Source: Ptychomitrium polyphyllum
Lineage: Eukaryota
Assembly: GCA_973851085.1 (NCBI GenBank)
Contig: OZ316775.1
Coordinates: forward strand, 8,308,001-8,372,000
Length of the DNA: 64,000 nucleotides
Reading direction: 5' to 3'
A program made the translations under genes and the position numbers. The notes below the pieces were generated by a model. The model made no database searches. It saw only the letters and a list, made by a program, of their open reading frames with translations, and was not told where the DNA came from. Shown in pieces: positions 12,499-29,200 of the stretch. How positions within the stretch are numbered: position 1 is the stretch's first letter; every line of letters starts with the position of its first letter.

Positions 12499-14238
12499 AT
12501 GGAAGAAATAACTGAAGGAGTGACTAACATGGGCGTATATGATACTCACAAGAAAAACCGGATTCAAGTTTCCAATACAAAGAAACCGTTATTCTTTTAT
12601 GTCAACCTTGCGAAGGTAATCTTATCTACCCTTTTCTATTATCTACTTATCTGGCATGTCAATGTTTGGGATCTATGTGATTACTTTGTTCACCTGTCCC
12701 TTGAAATTGTCGCTTCGAAAAATAATCTTTAAGGCTACACGAAAGCTCCAAAATTTTCAAAGCATATATGCATATACTGTTCAGGAGGATTCTAGACGCA
12801 ACTAATAGACGCAAGGGTCATGTCCTTTAGAAAATAATTCTTTGTCGAGTAATTCTGTAGATGCATTGTACATTCTATGACGTGATTATTTTTCCTGAAA
12901 ATGTACTGGGGTAATTATTATAGATGTTTTATGTAGGTAACTCTTTGGAGCAGGAGACTATGCTTTTTGATTAAATGTAGTCCATGTTAACAGCACCCCT
13001 ATTGTCCTCATGATAAGAGTTCTGCACTTTTATCTTGCATTTCTCATTTCTACTCTTAAATCTCTTATTGGAGTGAATAATGTAGAACAAACCCTTTTCG
13101 CACATGTAGAGATTTATTTGTCACCTTTCCCAATCACAATTGTAGCCTTTGACTGGTTTATTTAAGGATTTTGTAATGGAGAATATGTAATTGAGTTTTC
13201 TTGATTGCATGGCAACTCCCACAACTCGCACAATTTACACTGAAAGATATATTTTTGTTGCACAGCCATCTATATTCGTTTTGTTAAAAGTTAGTTTGAT
13301 GCAGATTCTATACTAATATGTTCTATTGTTCTACAGAGATACATGCAGCAGCACGAAGAAGTCGAATTATCGGCTTTGGGAATGGGTACGTTTACATGAA
13401 TCGAATATGTGGAGATTTTTCAGCAGACTTACTGCTATGTGGCCTCGATGTGATAAACATTATTCTTATGCTGAAACATATGATTAGTTTAGGGCTGTTA
13501 GTGAGTTGCTGGTATAGTTTGATGAGACATATTGTAGAAGCCAGCCATGAATTTACCTAGCATATGAGGAACAGCTTCAGATCTATGCAGCAAGCTTGCA
13601 GGGTTCTGATATGAATCTCATTGGTGTCCTTATGTTTACTGTTTCGCTACAGCAATCGCTACAGTCGTTACGGTGGCTGAGATATTGAAGAACAATGGTC
13701 TGGCAATCGAGAAGAGTAAGTTTTCTAGACATTTCACATCAATTTTTGGACCCGACTTGTAATGCTGTTATTGCCGTTGAAGGACTATGGATTGGATTGA
13801 AATTCGAATTGTCATTTGATGTTTTTGGTTAAGTTAGCGAATATTACGGTGGTGTTTGTTTATAATTGTGATTTGTATTTTATGCATGGGCTTATGTTTG
13901 ACTCTTATATGCAGGAATTCTAACCTCAACGGTGGACATGAAAGATGAGACCAGAGGTCGACCCATTCAGAAAGCGAAGGTGTGCTTTCTTGATCTGCCT
14001 ATTTTAAGAAAAGGAATCAAGTAAATGCTTTCTCATGTTTGTAGAGGTTGAATGTTGTTTATTTGCAGCTCTTTGTGCGATTTGAGACCCATATGTATTG
14101 GACTGTGGTTGCATCTTTTTGATTGGATATACGCAGGTCGAGATTATTCTGGGAAAATCGGAACACTTCGATGAGTTGATGGCAGCTGCAGCAGAGGAGC
14201 GTGAGTTAGCTCCGGAAGATGATCAGGTTGGACCATGA
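12499..14238 (+). CDS. ALBA: Alba DNA/RNA-binding domain protein (short plant type)
   Basis: Exons 12499-12615, 13337-13385, 13653-13715, 13915-13979, 14137-14238 splice to MEEITEGVTNMGVYDTHKKNRIQVSNTKKPLFFYVNLAKRYMQQHEEVELSALGMAIATVVTVAEILKNNGLAIEKRILTSTVDMKDETRGRPIQKAKVEIILGKSEHFDELMAAAAEERELAPEDDQVGP, a typical short plant Alba sequence. Confidence 0.95.
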
Positions 14239-17200
14239 TGAAGCATTCCTCCTAGTTAGGTGTAGAGTAGACACTCGCTCACATCTCCCTCGGTCCATTG
14301 TACATGTCAATTTTGACAACTTCAAAGTGTAATGAAATCCTTGATACCCTTGAGCACATCAGACAATCTTGCCAGGGTAATTACATGAAATATTGTCATC
14401 AACAACATGAAGTTTTTCTTACAACTTAATGTATCTAGTCTTATTTCTTCTTTTTGCCCCTACACTGACACTGGTTTATCAGCTTTAACACGAAAGCCTT
14501 TCCTTTCTCATGATCTATGTACCATCGTCGTGTGTGGTTTTTCATGAATGCCGGGCATGATACTAGCTTCTCTGTGACTTGTTTGTTGTAGTGAAGAGCT
14601 CGACAGGTGTGCCTGAGGTGTATTAGTGCGTTGGTTTTTTGATTGAAAAAGTCATCATTACAGTTAGTTGCTATAGTCCGGATGGAATGTCAGGTATCTT
14701 TGCTTATTCTCTCCTCTTGTTTTCGGACCAAGCACTGTGCCCCACATTGGGATCCAGGAAGTAATGTGCATGAGAACTTCGCTGAGTGAACGTTGATGAA
14801 ACATGAACATACTTCACAGCGAAGTTCCGTTCTCGAGTTCTGCTATTGAACAGATACGATTTTTAATGTACGGTCTTTATTGACAGTTGTCATGTCGTGC
14901 ATCAAGAAACTGGTTCCTTTCTGAGCAGTAAGCATATCAATACTTGCCAAGCAGTGTCGTAACAGCTCGTCTGTCCTGAAATGTTTGCTCCGTCCGTAGA
15001 AGATGTGACGTATAAGTACCCCAAAATGTTTTACATTTCCATCTTGACTTTTTCTTACTTCTTCATCTACCTGTGTGCAGGAGTCTGATTTAACACATTG
15101 CTGGCAAATAATCTTTTAAATTTTAAAAGAAGGATTCACTTTTAAAGTTGTTGAGAAACTAACATGTTATCTAAAACCAAATGTTTGAGATTGCTTGTAT
15201 CACAAATTGCTGTTATAATACTATTGACTTGTATAATTTAATGTATTTTCTTCTAATTTGGCAAAATTCATCAATAACTTCAAATATTTTAAGAAAATTC
15301 TTCTGGATGTGATATATGTTATTATTGGTAGATTCTATAGCTTTCATAGATTTGTCATCCAAGGATTTTTAATTTCAATTTTAATATGAGGCCGTATATT
15401 TTTTTGTTACTCATGTAATACTAATTTGATATTTGGTGATAATATGACAATACTTAAATAATACCTAGGTGACTTTTTATATGCACCATAATTACTAACG
15501 AGGATTCTGCTAAGTTTTTTCTTATATTTTCAAAAATCCTTTGTAAAAATTTATTAGCATATTTTAAGTATAACAAAGTGGCTACAAACAGCATTAAGAG
15601 AATTGCTCTTGTCATTTATCATTGAACCTCTCATATTTTATGCTTGCAATTTTGTTTTTCTAAAATCTCTTATGTAAAATTACAATCACTACTATTCAAC
15701 ATTTTTAATTTATAAGCAAAATTAAAATGTATAACAAAAAAACTAAAATTGTAATTACAACGTTCATCATTGTAAATATTTGAAGATTTTAAAATTTAAT
15801 AAATATCTTAGAATTTTTTGAATTCAAAATAGAACATTTAAAAGAAAATATGTATATTTTGTAGGATTCAAAAGAAAAATTCAACACACTTCACAATAAA
15901 AGTACGTGATGTATTTAGATGTTATTACAATAAGATTTCAAAGATCTTTAATAGACTTTGTTGCATTGAGATTTAAACATACAACTTACAATATTATTAT
16001 TTTTGGAATTTTTGTATTATTTACACTTGTGAAGGTATTTTTTCAAAGCTATTGTTGAACAAAGTTTTTGAACTATTTTTAAAGATACACTTACATGTAG
16101 AAATTTCCATACATCATACAATTGTAGCAATTATATAACCAATGTGTTTTATATACCATTTAGTACCCAATCTAATTTTCCATCATAAAAAGATTTGCTG
16201 ATTCAAAAAATAATTAATTCTTATATTTATGGAAGTTTTAAAAATATGCATCTCAATTATTGTTTCTATTTAAAATACTTGGGCTCGTAAAGCTTAAAAT
16301 CATTTTAAAACATTTTTTTAAAGGATGTACAAGTTTTAGTTTTAAAATATCTAATCTACTCATTCACAATTAAATTGTTAATAAAGAAAGAAATTTCTTT
16401 AATCATAATTTTTTTGTAAGTTTAATTTCAACAAATTTGATAAATGTTGATTGCTTAAGAATATCAAAATAAAATATTTTAAAAAAACAAATATGCTAAT
16501 TTAAAACATAAATTACAATTAATAATTTAGTGCATAAAATATTTTATTAAAATAATGACTAAAAAGGAAATTGTAAAAGAAGAAGGATTCTTTATACTAT
16601 AAAAATTAGAAGCAGCTAATATAAATTGGAAGAAACATTAAAAAAGTATAATTTAAAAAGAAAGAATACTCTTTTTTCCAAAATATTATTTTAAAAACAT
16701 TTATAATTATTTTAATATTATTTTATTAAAAAAATCTTATGTATATATTTTTTGTATATTTTTTTTAAATTTATTTTATATATATTGTTTTTATTTTTTA
16801 TAAATTGTAAAGAGTACTGTTTTTATATCTACAAAATAGAGAACCTTTGTCCTTATTCAAAATTGGTTGTAATAGTAATTCCATAATAAATCAAAATGAT
16901 TTTAAAAAAGTTGTTCATATGGACTTCAAACTTGAAATTACCACCATTAAAAGCAAGTTAAAAATCACAATATTTAAACAAAAAAAACAAAAAAACAAAA
17001 AAACAAAACAAACTAACCTATTAACAAATTAAACAAATAAAAAAATATAAATGAATTGATGAATCAACTCCAATTAATTTTATAGGCTTTATAACACTTC
17101 ATTCTTTGCCTTGCTTGCAAAAGATGTAATTTTGTCATTCTTTGTTCAAAAAATATATTTTTTATGCTTATTTCATGTGATTTTTCATGTCCATATAATA

Positions 17201-18116
17201 GTAGTATTGTTAAAAACTAGTTATATGTAAATTAAGGGATCCTTCATACATTTTAGTATGTATGATGAAGTTGATTCAAGAATTGCATTTTGCAGCAAGG
17301 CCTTCGTTTGAAAAAATTCAAACCAATTGCAACTTTATCCACCAATTTTACATGAAAACATCAATTTATTTTTAAAGGTAAATTCCCTTCAATACAAGTC
17401 ACCATTTAAATATATTTTTGAAACTAGCACATGGTAATAGCACATGCACTACTATGATAATATTGAAGGAGTAAATAATGTTAAAGTCACCAAAAGACGT
17501 TAATATAACACTGTTCATAAAAATGAACAAAAGACAGCAGGGACTTAAAAGGGGACAGTTTAACATCCCTATATATGACAAAGTAAACAACACAGGATTC
17601 ATCTCAGAAACCTATATCATAAAAAGAAAATCATGAAAACATTCTCTAGTGCTTCAGTGTTCTAAAAGAATGTAGTAAAAGAACGTAGGCAAAGATGCTC
17701 TAATATAAATGTTACAGAAGATAATAAATGACATCTAATATCATGTCGTCGGAGGTCACAATATGGAGGGTCAAAGTTCCACGGGAGTTTCTTATGGCAC
17801 TTGTATAACTTAATACCATAATGTAATTCGCACCAGGAAGGGGGCAGCACAACCTCTGCCGATGCGGCTTACGGACGTGCGTGACGACACCCGCACAGCT
17901 CTTTTCACACACCCGTAATCACGGTTCGAGGTGCCGTGGACATGGGACCAGTGCCACGGCGGCCACGGTCGTGGGCGCCGCGCGTGACCCCGAGGCGCCG
18001 CATCGTAAACCCCAACGCTAGGCCACGGCCATGCACGCGCTAAGCGCGGGAGACGCCAAAGCCAGCAAGTGCAAGAGCAAGAGCGAGAGCGAGAGCAAGG
18101 GCGAGGGCGCTCGCGA

Positions 18117-18163
18117 CGCAGAGCTGGGTTTGCAGAGCTGGGTTTGCAGAGCTGGGTTTGCAG
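18117..18163. repeat. 14-bp tandem repeat (GCAGAGCTGGGTTT)x3, preceded by a GAGC(A/G)A-type hexamer repeat at ~18071-18110
   Basis: Directly visible. Lies in the putative 5' leader or proximal promoter of the aminotransferase gene. Confidence 0.85.
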
Positions 18164-18241
18164 CGGCCACGGCGTCGTTGCGACCATCGCCACTCGTAGC
18201 GCCATTGCAGCGGGGAGCATCGGCGCTTTGCTCGAGAGGCC

Positions 18242-21409
<3,168 letters not shown>

Positions 21410-24400
21410 TAGTTTGTGAAGCTTACACTCCATGTAAGCATGTGGGCGCCTAGTTGATGACTATGCATAGCTTGTCACATATTTTATACAATCCTCGCAG
21501 TCAACAATATCCGCAGCTTATTTAGCTTTGTATCTCCACGTTTTGTAAATTGTGGGATCTTTTATTGTATTTTACTTATATCCTTGTAAAGTGGTAGTCG
21601 ATACAGAACTTCTGAGAGGATCCTAAATCCTGAGATCGTAAAAGATTTCTAATAAGTGGATCCGGAATGCCTTTCTATACCACTTTATTGTAAACCTTTT
21701 TGGGGACGCACTAAGTTATGCTTAATCGTTTGTTAGGACCATTGTGATGGAGACTAATGAATTTTTGGCCGAGTTTGTAGAACCCATTGCATGATTGCAA
21801 ATCTTTTTTTAATTTCTGAGCATCTGAGGTTCACTTGAATTTCAATTGACATAAAGGTGTAAAATGCGAACACCTTTCATACTTGACCTCAAAACTGTAT
21901 CCAAGCAAGAAGAGGTAGGTCCCCTTGATTCCACACCATGTATGAGTCTGGATTCTCATGGTCATTGGTGTGGAAATGGAAATGAGACGTATTCAAAAGT
22001 ATGTTTTACTCGTGTAACTTTATAATAGTTGACGGGCTTGTGAGAAACCATCTACTTTTACTAGTGTGGATTAATCACTATGAATAAAAATTAAAAATCT
22101 ATTGGCTTCAAAATCATGACAACCAAATCAGGATTTGGAATCTAGGTGCTTTTGGTTGGTTCTGCCTCGTGTATTTCCCACGTCCACATGTTCTATGCAA
22201 CATGCATGCATCCTTCACATATTGATGTTTGAAATTCAACCTGTATTTGAAGAAGTGTGAGATTTGTGCATGAAACCGTAGAAAACTTTTTCCTGTCCGA
22301 TGCCATTTTCATGTTCATCAAAAGGTGGGGGTGATTGGAGTAACAATCAGCGTTTGATGTTTCCATCTTACTGACCTGCTATATAACTTTGGACAGTCTA
22401 CCTAATGAATTTTCTTGTTCAAATGCTACTGCCCTGGAGTCAGTCAACTCTATTTCAGACCACATAGAAAAGGAGTGAGGTCATTCAATAAGGTAGTGGG
22501 TGATGTTTCCAAAGACAGACAACAGAACATTCTCAGTCTACCTGTTGTACATAGAGAGCCTTTTCACGCTTTTCCTGCTTGCTATGTGACCCTGAGATTC
22601 CGGAAGTTTCATGAATTTCCTCTTTAATCAAGCCATGACTGAATTAAAAACTCTATTCTAAATAGGCAACCGTACTAATTTCTTTGTATTAAACTGTGTT
22701 GCAGATTCAACAACGGAAAATTTTATAAGTTCAGAAGTTTTGAAATCACTATATATGGGCTGGAATAACTTGAGAATCTAAGGGATGTATCAGTTTGTCA
22801 ATCCGTAGAATCTTCCATAAATTTACCAAATCTGAATGAACTTGCTCAAGCATGCGCTACCTTCATAGCTTCCCAACGACATAAGTCTGATGCCAAGGTG
22901 AGTCACAAAGAATTTGTAATGAGTTTTCAATCAATACCTACCATTCTGTGTGTGGCAGGTATTGGTGTGTGATAATTTAGAGCTTATTTACATCTAGAAT
23001 GGAAGGGCTACAATTCTCATTGGTGGGAAGTATTGGTACCTTGGTAGGTATTTTACAATCAAGTAAAACATGGAATTCAATTAAAGCAAATTTCATTTAA
23101 TAAAAAATGCATTTATAAGTGAAGATAGTGTACATTAGTACTTAAGAAAAATTATTTCCTTCAACCTTAAGAAGATTCCAAATCTAAAAGGCTCGTAGGA
23201 AATTCTTGTTTCGAAATATCATGCATTTTAGTCTGACTTTGGTGATCCAAAATATTGTCATTTAGATTACAACTTACTAAAAATTGTTTTTGTTTTATTA
23301 AAAATATTTTGCTATCAATAGTTTCATCAACATAATAATGAAGAAGTATGTAGTTGATGGTTTTTTAATATATAATTGGACGTGAATCTATGCTAATTCT
23401 ACATATAAGTGCTTACTTAGTGTATATATAGGAAATAGTGGTATCCTTAAATGGTAGAGTAAAAAGTGTTGAATGAAGGTACAAGCTACAACCAATTAAA
23501 TGGTTCAAATCATGGTTGATAATGATCTTTGCTAGGCCATGCTATTACTAATGTTATTTAATCTTTTCATAAAAAATGAACAATATATAATTCACAAAAA
23601 TATTCTACAATTTGGCTTTTATTAATGTAACTCATATTAGTATTCAAATACAAGAACTATTAGAAAACTTGTGGCTTAAATTGGGGCTAGAACATAAATG
23701 TCATAAGTTGAGTGTTACATCAATATGGTTTAACATAACAAATTTTTGTGTTATTTCAACCTTTGCAAATGTGGACTATCCATAAATAATACATCAAACT
23801 TAGATCTTAGATGGAACAAACTTGTGGGAGAAGTTCAATCTTGTACAGTCATGCAATTCCATCCACCTGGGAAATGCTATTACAATACACAATTAGAAAC
23901 TTGGTGACCTAGACGCAATCCATTTAAAAAAACAAAAACTCAATGCATTGTCATTGGTACTGGCAAGGGAGAAGAAGCAAAGTTCTTGTTGTGCATCTAT
24001 AATTGAAGACACTTATACCCTACATACTGTAACATGTGAGATTTCCTCAGTATTGAAGCATAACCTGCTAGTTGCTCAATTGGGTAGAAATTATCATCGA
24101 GTTGTGCTCCACCTACATGTGAGGTTTAACTGAAAGAGTTGGTGAGTCATGTACTTGTTAAGTGTTTAACAAATTTCCAAGTTCCAACAGCTGAGGTAGA
24201 AGTTGCAGCTGAGCTACATACACAGCTCTAGAACAATCACATGTCTGGAAATTTGGAAAAGGTGGTACCTTATACTTTCTAGGCATGAGCAATTCTACAG
24301 TACATTTTGAAAATTTATTGTTTCTTTTCTTTTTGATTTAGTGAATCTTGTGCTTTTACAATTAAAAATCCCCCCATCCTACAATTGTTAACATAAAGGG

Positions 24401-24760
24401 TTGTCTCCCTACTTTTACAAAGCATAGTCGGAAGAAACCTCTAACCTTAATCTTAGACATACTCATTTCAAAACAAATTCATGGAGAAAACCAGCATCTC
24501 CATAGAATAGCATAAAACTTGCAGTATTCACACACAAAACTCATCGCAGTAAGGAAGGGGGTCTCCCAAAACGCCCCTCTCCACAATACTTTTTCAAAAA
24601 AAAACAGTATTCGAAACTTTAAAAAGGTTTCGATGGAAAGTAAGCGTGCGGCAGTGGGGCCGGAGCTGCTTCTCGCAGGCTCGGAGGACGAGAGAGGATG
24701 GGATTCTCCGCCCTCGCTCCCACGCAGCCTCGACGTGGGCCCCTTGTGCTCCCAGCAGCG

Positions 24761-24770
24761 CCTATAAAGT
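24761..24770 (+). promoter_or_regulatory. Candidate TATA box of the KAS II gene
   Basis: CCTATAAAGT in a GC-rich island, followed by a CT-rich leader and a CAG|GTAAG donor at 25170/25171. Confidence 0.45.
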
Positions 24771-25120
24771 GCGCACAGCAGAACACTGGACCGACGCCCC
24801 GCCACCACCTCTGACACACAACAACTCCTTTGCGCGCCCTCGCAGCACCATACTGCACTGCACTGTACTGCACTACGCTGCTCGCAGGTTCAGGTTCGTC
24901 TCCGCCTTCATTCATTCGCTCTCTCGGTCTCGAGGTGCTGATCAGGACCTCGTCTTCCCTGCCTGCGCGCGCTACCTCTCTCTCGCTCTCTCTCGCTGTC
25001 CGTCCGTCCGTCTGTCTGTCTGTCCCATTCCGCAGGAGCCTCGCTCGCTGCACTCTCCGCGCAGAGAGCCTGCGTCCACGATGACATCGTAGCTTTTTAC
25101 TTGCATTTTCTTACTCCATT

Positions 25121-25620
25121 GCTCTGTCCTCCGGAACGAGGATATTTGCGCTTTGTGGCGCGTTTTTCAGGTAAGTGTTCGTTCGTGATGGCAATCGACA
25201 TTGCAGAGATGTGTCACTTGTGGAGTAGTGTTTGAATTTCTGCTTTCCACGATATCGGAGCTGCGTCTGCGTAATCCGCTGTTCTCTGCTTCGCTGGAAG
25301 AACGTGTTTTACGCGCTTCGTGGCGCGTTTTCAAGGTATGTTCGGTTGTGATTGCAAGCAACGTTGGAGAGGAGAGAGTACTTGTAGATTAGTATCTGAT
25401 TTTCTGCTTCCACAATGCCATAGCTACGTGCGCTGCGTCTGAGCTGTAATCCGCTGCACTGTCCTTCACTAGGAGAACATGTTTTATGCACTTCTTGGCT
25501 CGTTTTGGAGATAAATGCTTGTTTGTGATTGCAAGCGAAATTGGAGCCATTACTTGAAAACTAGTGTTTGAATTTCGGCTCTGTCTATATCGCGGAATGC
25601 TTGTGGAGTGCAATTCGCGC
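25121..25620. repeat. Degenerate ~165-175-bp direct triplication spanning the KAS II 5'UTR exon/intron junction
   Basis: Recurring blocks: GTGGCGCGTTTT(T)CA(A)GGTA, TGTGATTGCAAGC, TAGTGTTTGAATTTC, CTGCGTCTG...GTAATCCGCTG. Confidence 0.75.
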
Positions 25621-26292
25621 TTTCTCTTTCGGAGTTTGATACTGTGAAGATAGGATGGTAATGTTGAGTTCAGTTCTGGAAGGCGGATACTCTGTTTCGG
25701 GGAAATTTTCGGTTTCGGATTTGCGGTCGAGCAGTGTGTGTTAACTTAGCAGAAGTGTTGAAAGCTCCTTAGTGGTGTATCTGCATATCTCTCTTGAGAC
25801 CGAATCTGCTTGTAGTTACTGTGGCTCTTAATTTGAGATTTTAGCAGGAAGATTGCTCGTATCTGGATCATAGTTTGGATGTAAGTGTCGAACTTCTTCC
25901 AGCTCAGGGTTGAACATCAGAAGAGTTCTGATGTCGCTGTAAATGTTTCTCATATTTGATTGAGAAAGATGATACTAAGTGGATACCTCTCATACTCCTC
26001 TCATATTTCTTCTCTTTGACTATGCCAATTTTTCTTTTGGTTCAGCCGTGGAGCTTGTAATGAAATTCTTCTTTTCTTGTTCAAGTGTTCTAATGAGTAA
26101 CTCTGTCTTTGACTTGGAATAATTACCATCTGCGACCACTTTGTGCAACTCGTGATGTGTCTGATTTTGATCTTCAATTTTAAAACTAGATTTCTATAAA
26201 TCAGTGGACGAAGTGACCTGAATTTAAATAATCTCATAGGATTACCTTTGTGATGCAGATATTGACCAGTTTCCAAGAACTATTCCTGAATT

Positions 26293-29200
26293 ATGACGAT
26301 AGGTGCAGCCTCGCCGCTTTGCACATGGCTTTTCGCAGCTTGCATGTCCAGTGCTGTAGCCGGGTTTGCTAATGATGTTTCAGTCAGCTCTGGACCTTCG
26401 GGAAGGCCTTCAGGGAGGAGACTTCGGAGGAGAAATGCCAGCTCAAAGCGTTTAGCAGGAGCGAGCTGGTCAGTGAAAATCGACGTTCAATCTGGTTCAT
26501 TTTCTAGTGTCTGTTTAGGAGCGCCTTGTGGATCTGGTATATCTGGTGTAGGTTCATACATTGCCTTGGAGACTTGCCCCGAAGATGACAATGTCAAGAA
26601 TGGGCCTCTGTTTGGAGATGTTTCTTTTTTTGGAGCTGGACTTTCAGGATTGAAGACGAGGCCAGTGCAATCTCTAAGAAGGCCTGCGAGAGCTTCAGCA
26701 GGTGCAGGATTCATTTTGACAATGCTTTATTGTTGTGTTTTAATTTTGATTAACTCAACTTCACAAGGTTTGTGCGTTTGCTTCTTCTGTTATTCAGCAG
26801 TCGTGAACTGTATATATATCTGAACTGTATCTTGTATCGTGCTTCCTCAACATTTTCTTACCATGAAGAGAGGTTTGGGAGAGGTCCTTTGCAAGAAAAC
26901 TGATCTATACCAGATCGGCCTGAGGAATCGTTGATTATAACTGTGAAGCTTGAGGACTAAAGGAAGACATATCCCAAAATGTTCTGCTTCTGGGAAAAGT
27001 TTCACTTATCTTAAACTTGTCTGGACCTCCTTCTGTTATAATCACATAGCCATTCTATAATTCCTGTTTCTTCCACTAATATTCAGATGCTATATTACAG
27101 GGAAGGCCTCCTCTGTCGCAACTCATCCTGTCCAACCTGTCAGAGAAGCTTTTGAGTCAAAAAAAAAATCTACGAAGCCTAGGAGGGTGGTTGTTACGGG
27201 GATGGGCATTGTCTCTAGTCTTGGTCACGATGCTGATACCTTTTATGCCAACCTCTTGGAAGGAAAGAGTGGCGTCTCTGAGATTGAAAATTTCGATTGC
27301 AAGGAATTTCCAACTGTAAGTTTGTTCAAGGCCTTAGGTGCATGACTGGTTCATGGTCCTTTACATTCCATCTCGACATTCCAATGTCTTCTAGGTCTGT
27401 TAATGCTGCCTTAAGCGCCGTTGAATCTGGAGACTATTTGTCGACGACTAAATGACCTGTTGCTGTACGAAGGGTAGCACTAATGGGTTCAAAATTGATT
27501 AACTTTTAGTTAATCAAGCTGGTTGACCCCTAACGTGAAGATTAACTTCTTTATTCAGTTTATGACCTAGAGATTTATTCAATTTGCCACCTCAGAGGAT
27601 TTTGATGGCAGATTTAGATCACATGTAGGACTCTTACGACAGAAGTCTATGCGCGACGTGTTAGCAAGTCTTCATGATATCTTGTTATAATATTATTTTA
27701 TCTCATTTTGGTAAATTATTTTAGCCACGCAACAAAACGTAGTAATGTTCAAACAAATATATCAACTTCTTACCTACTTTCGTGTGACAGAGAATAGCAG
27801 GTGAAATTAAATCGTTCTCGTCAGATGGCTGGGTTGCCGGTAAATTTGCGAGACGGATGGATAAATTTATGCTCTATTTGCTCACTGCCGGGAAGAAAGC
27901 TGTATCCGATGCTGGACTCCTCACAGAGGACGAAATGAAGGGTTTGGATAAATCACGGTGTGGTGTGCTTATTGGGTCAGCTATGGGAGGCATGCAGGTA
28001 TCTATGCAGTTCTTACATGAAACTTCTCTTTCTACAGCTCTTGCAATCAGGTGGAAGTCTAGAGTAGTTATTGGAAGTATGTTTGCGTGTAATAGATTTT
28101 ATCTTTATCTTAGGATGCATCTCCGTTTGTTTTAATGCTGTTTTTAATTTCCAAAATAGTGTAATACATATTAGGGCCTTCTGTATCTTTGATCGAAGGA
28201 CGATGGTTGAATCAGCGAACAGTTTATCATGAATGTTGCTGCTCAAAGAGTTGCAGGCATCATATGGGTTGCATCATATGGCAGGTAGTTCCATTGAGCC
28301 TGTGAGCTCTTTGTGGCCATAACATCAGCAGTTGTGGGAACAGATTTTTAATGACGCTATTGAGGCTTTAAGGGTATCATATCGCAAGATGAACCCGTTC
28401 TGTGTACCATTTGCAACAACAAACATGGGCTCGGCCATGCTGGCTATGGACTTGGTGAGTAAGTCTCTGTGTCTCATAACTAGTATTACACATTATGAAC
28501 TTGATCTTGGTACTAATTTTATAACTGGCTATCGTTGCTCTCTTGTGTATTGTTCACTGTATCCTTGACGGAGCAAGTTCTCATTTGTTGCAGGGTTGGA
28601 TGGGACCCAATTATTCCATTTCTACAGCTTGTGCGACAAGTAATTTTTGTATATTAAATGCTGCAAACCACATCATTAGGGGTGAAGCAGTGAGTTATCT
28701 GTTCCCTAAGTTATCTCATACGCTTGGAGTGTGAACAATGGCTTCAATGAATTCCTCTATCTGCTTACAACTTTTGCAAATCTCTGCTTACTGTAATATA
28801 GTCTAGAAAACTAAGATCCCAGCATATTATCTCGCATCGCTACCAGTCATTTTAATTTAATTTTGACATTAGTTCTGTATCACATCTAATATCTTTGAAC
28901 TTCCCTCCTTAGATGTAGGCATTCCAGCAGTTGCAGCTACTAATATTTCTATTAGGCCTTTAGGCAGCGCCATCTAAGTGCTATCTATCTATTTATCTAT
29001 ATGTATGTACATATCATTTTGTGTGCAGGACATCATGTTATCAGGAGGATCGGATGCTGCTGTCATCCCTATTGGTAAAAGTTCTGTGACTGCTTAGGAT
29101 CAAATAGTACCTTCCAGTGTGCATCGTTTATGTTTATGTTTTATTTCTTCGTTTCATGTTCTAATATTTCTGTAGCGTTGAATGCCTATTGGAGTGGCAA

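Noticed and set aside
22230..22900. Exon-like segments with splice-like borders and a weak LRR-like stretch (LKSLYMGWNNL)
   Set aside because: All frames contain stops and no family can be assigned. It could be a decayed gene fragment but cannot be supported without tBLASTx.
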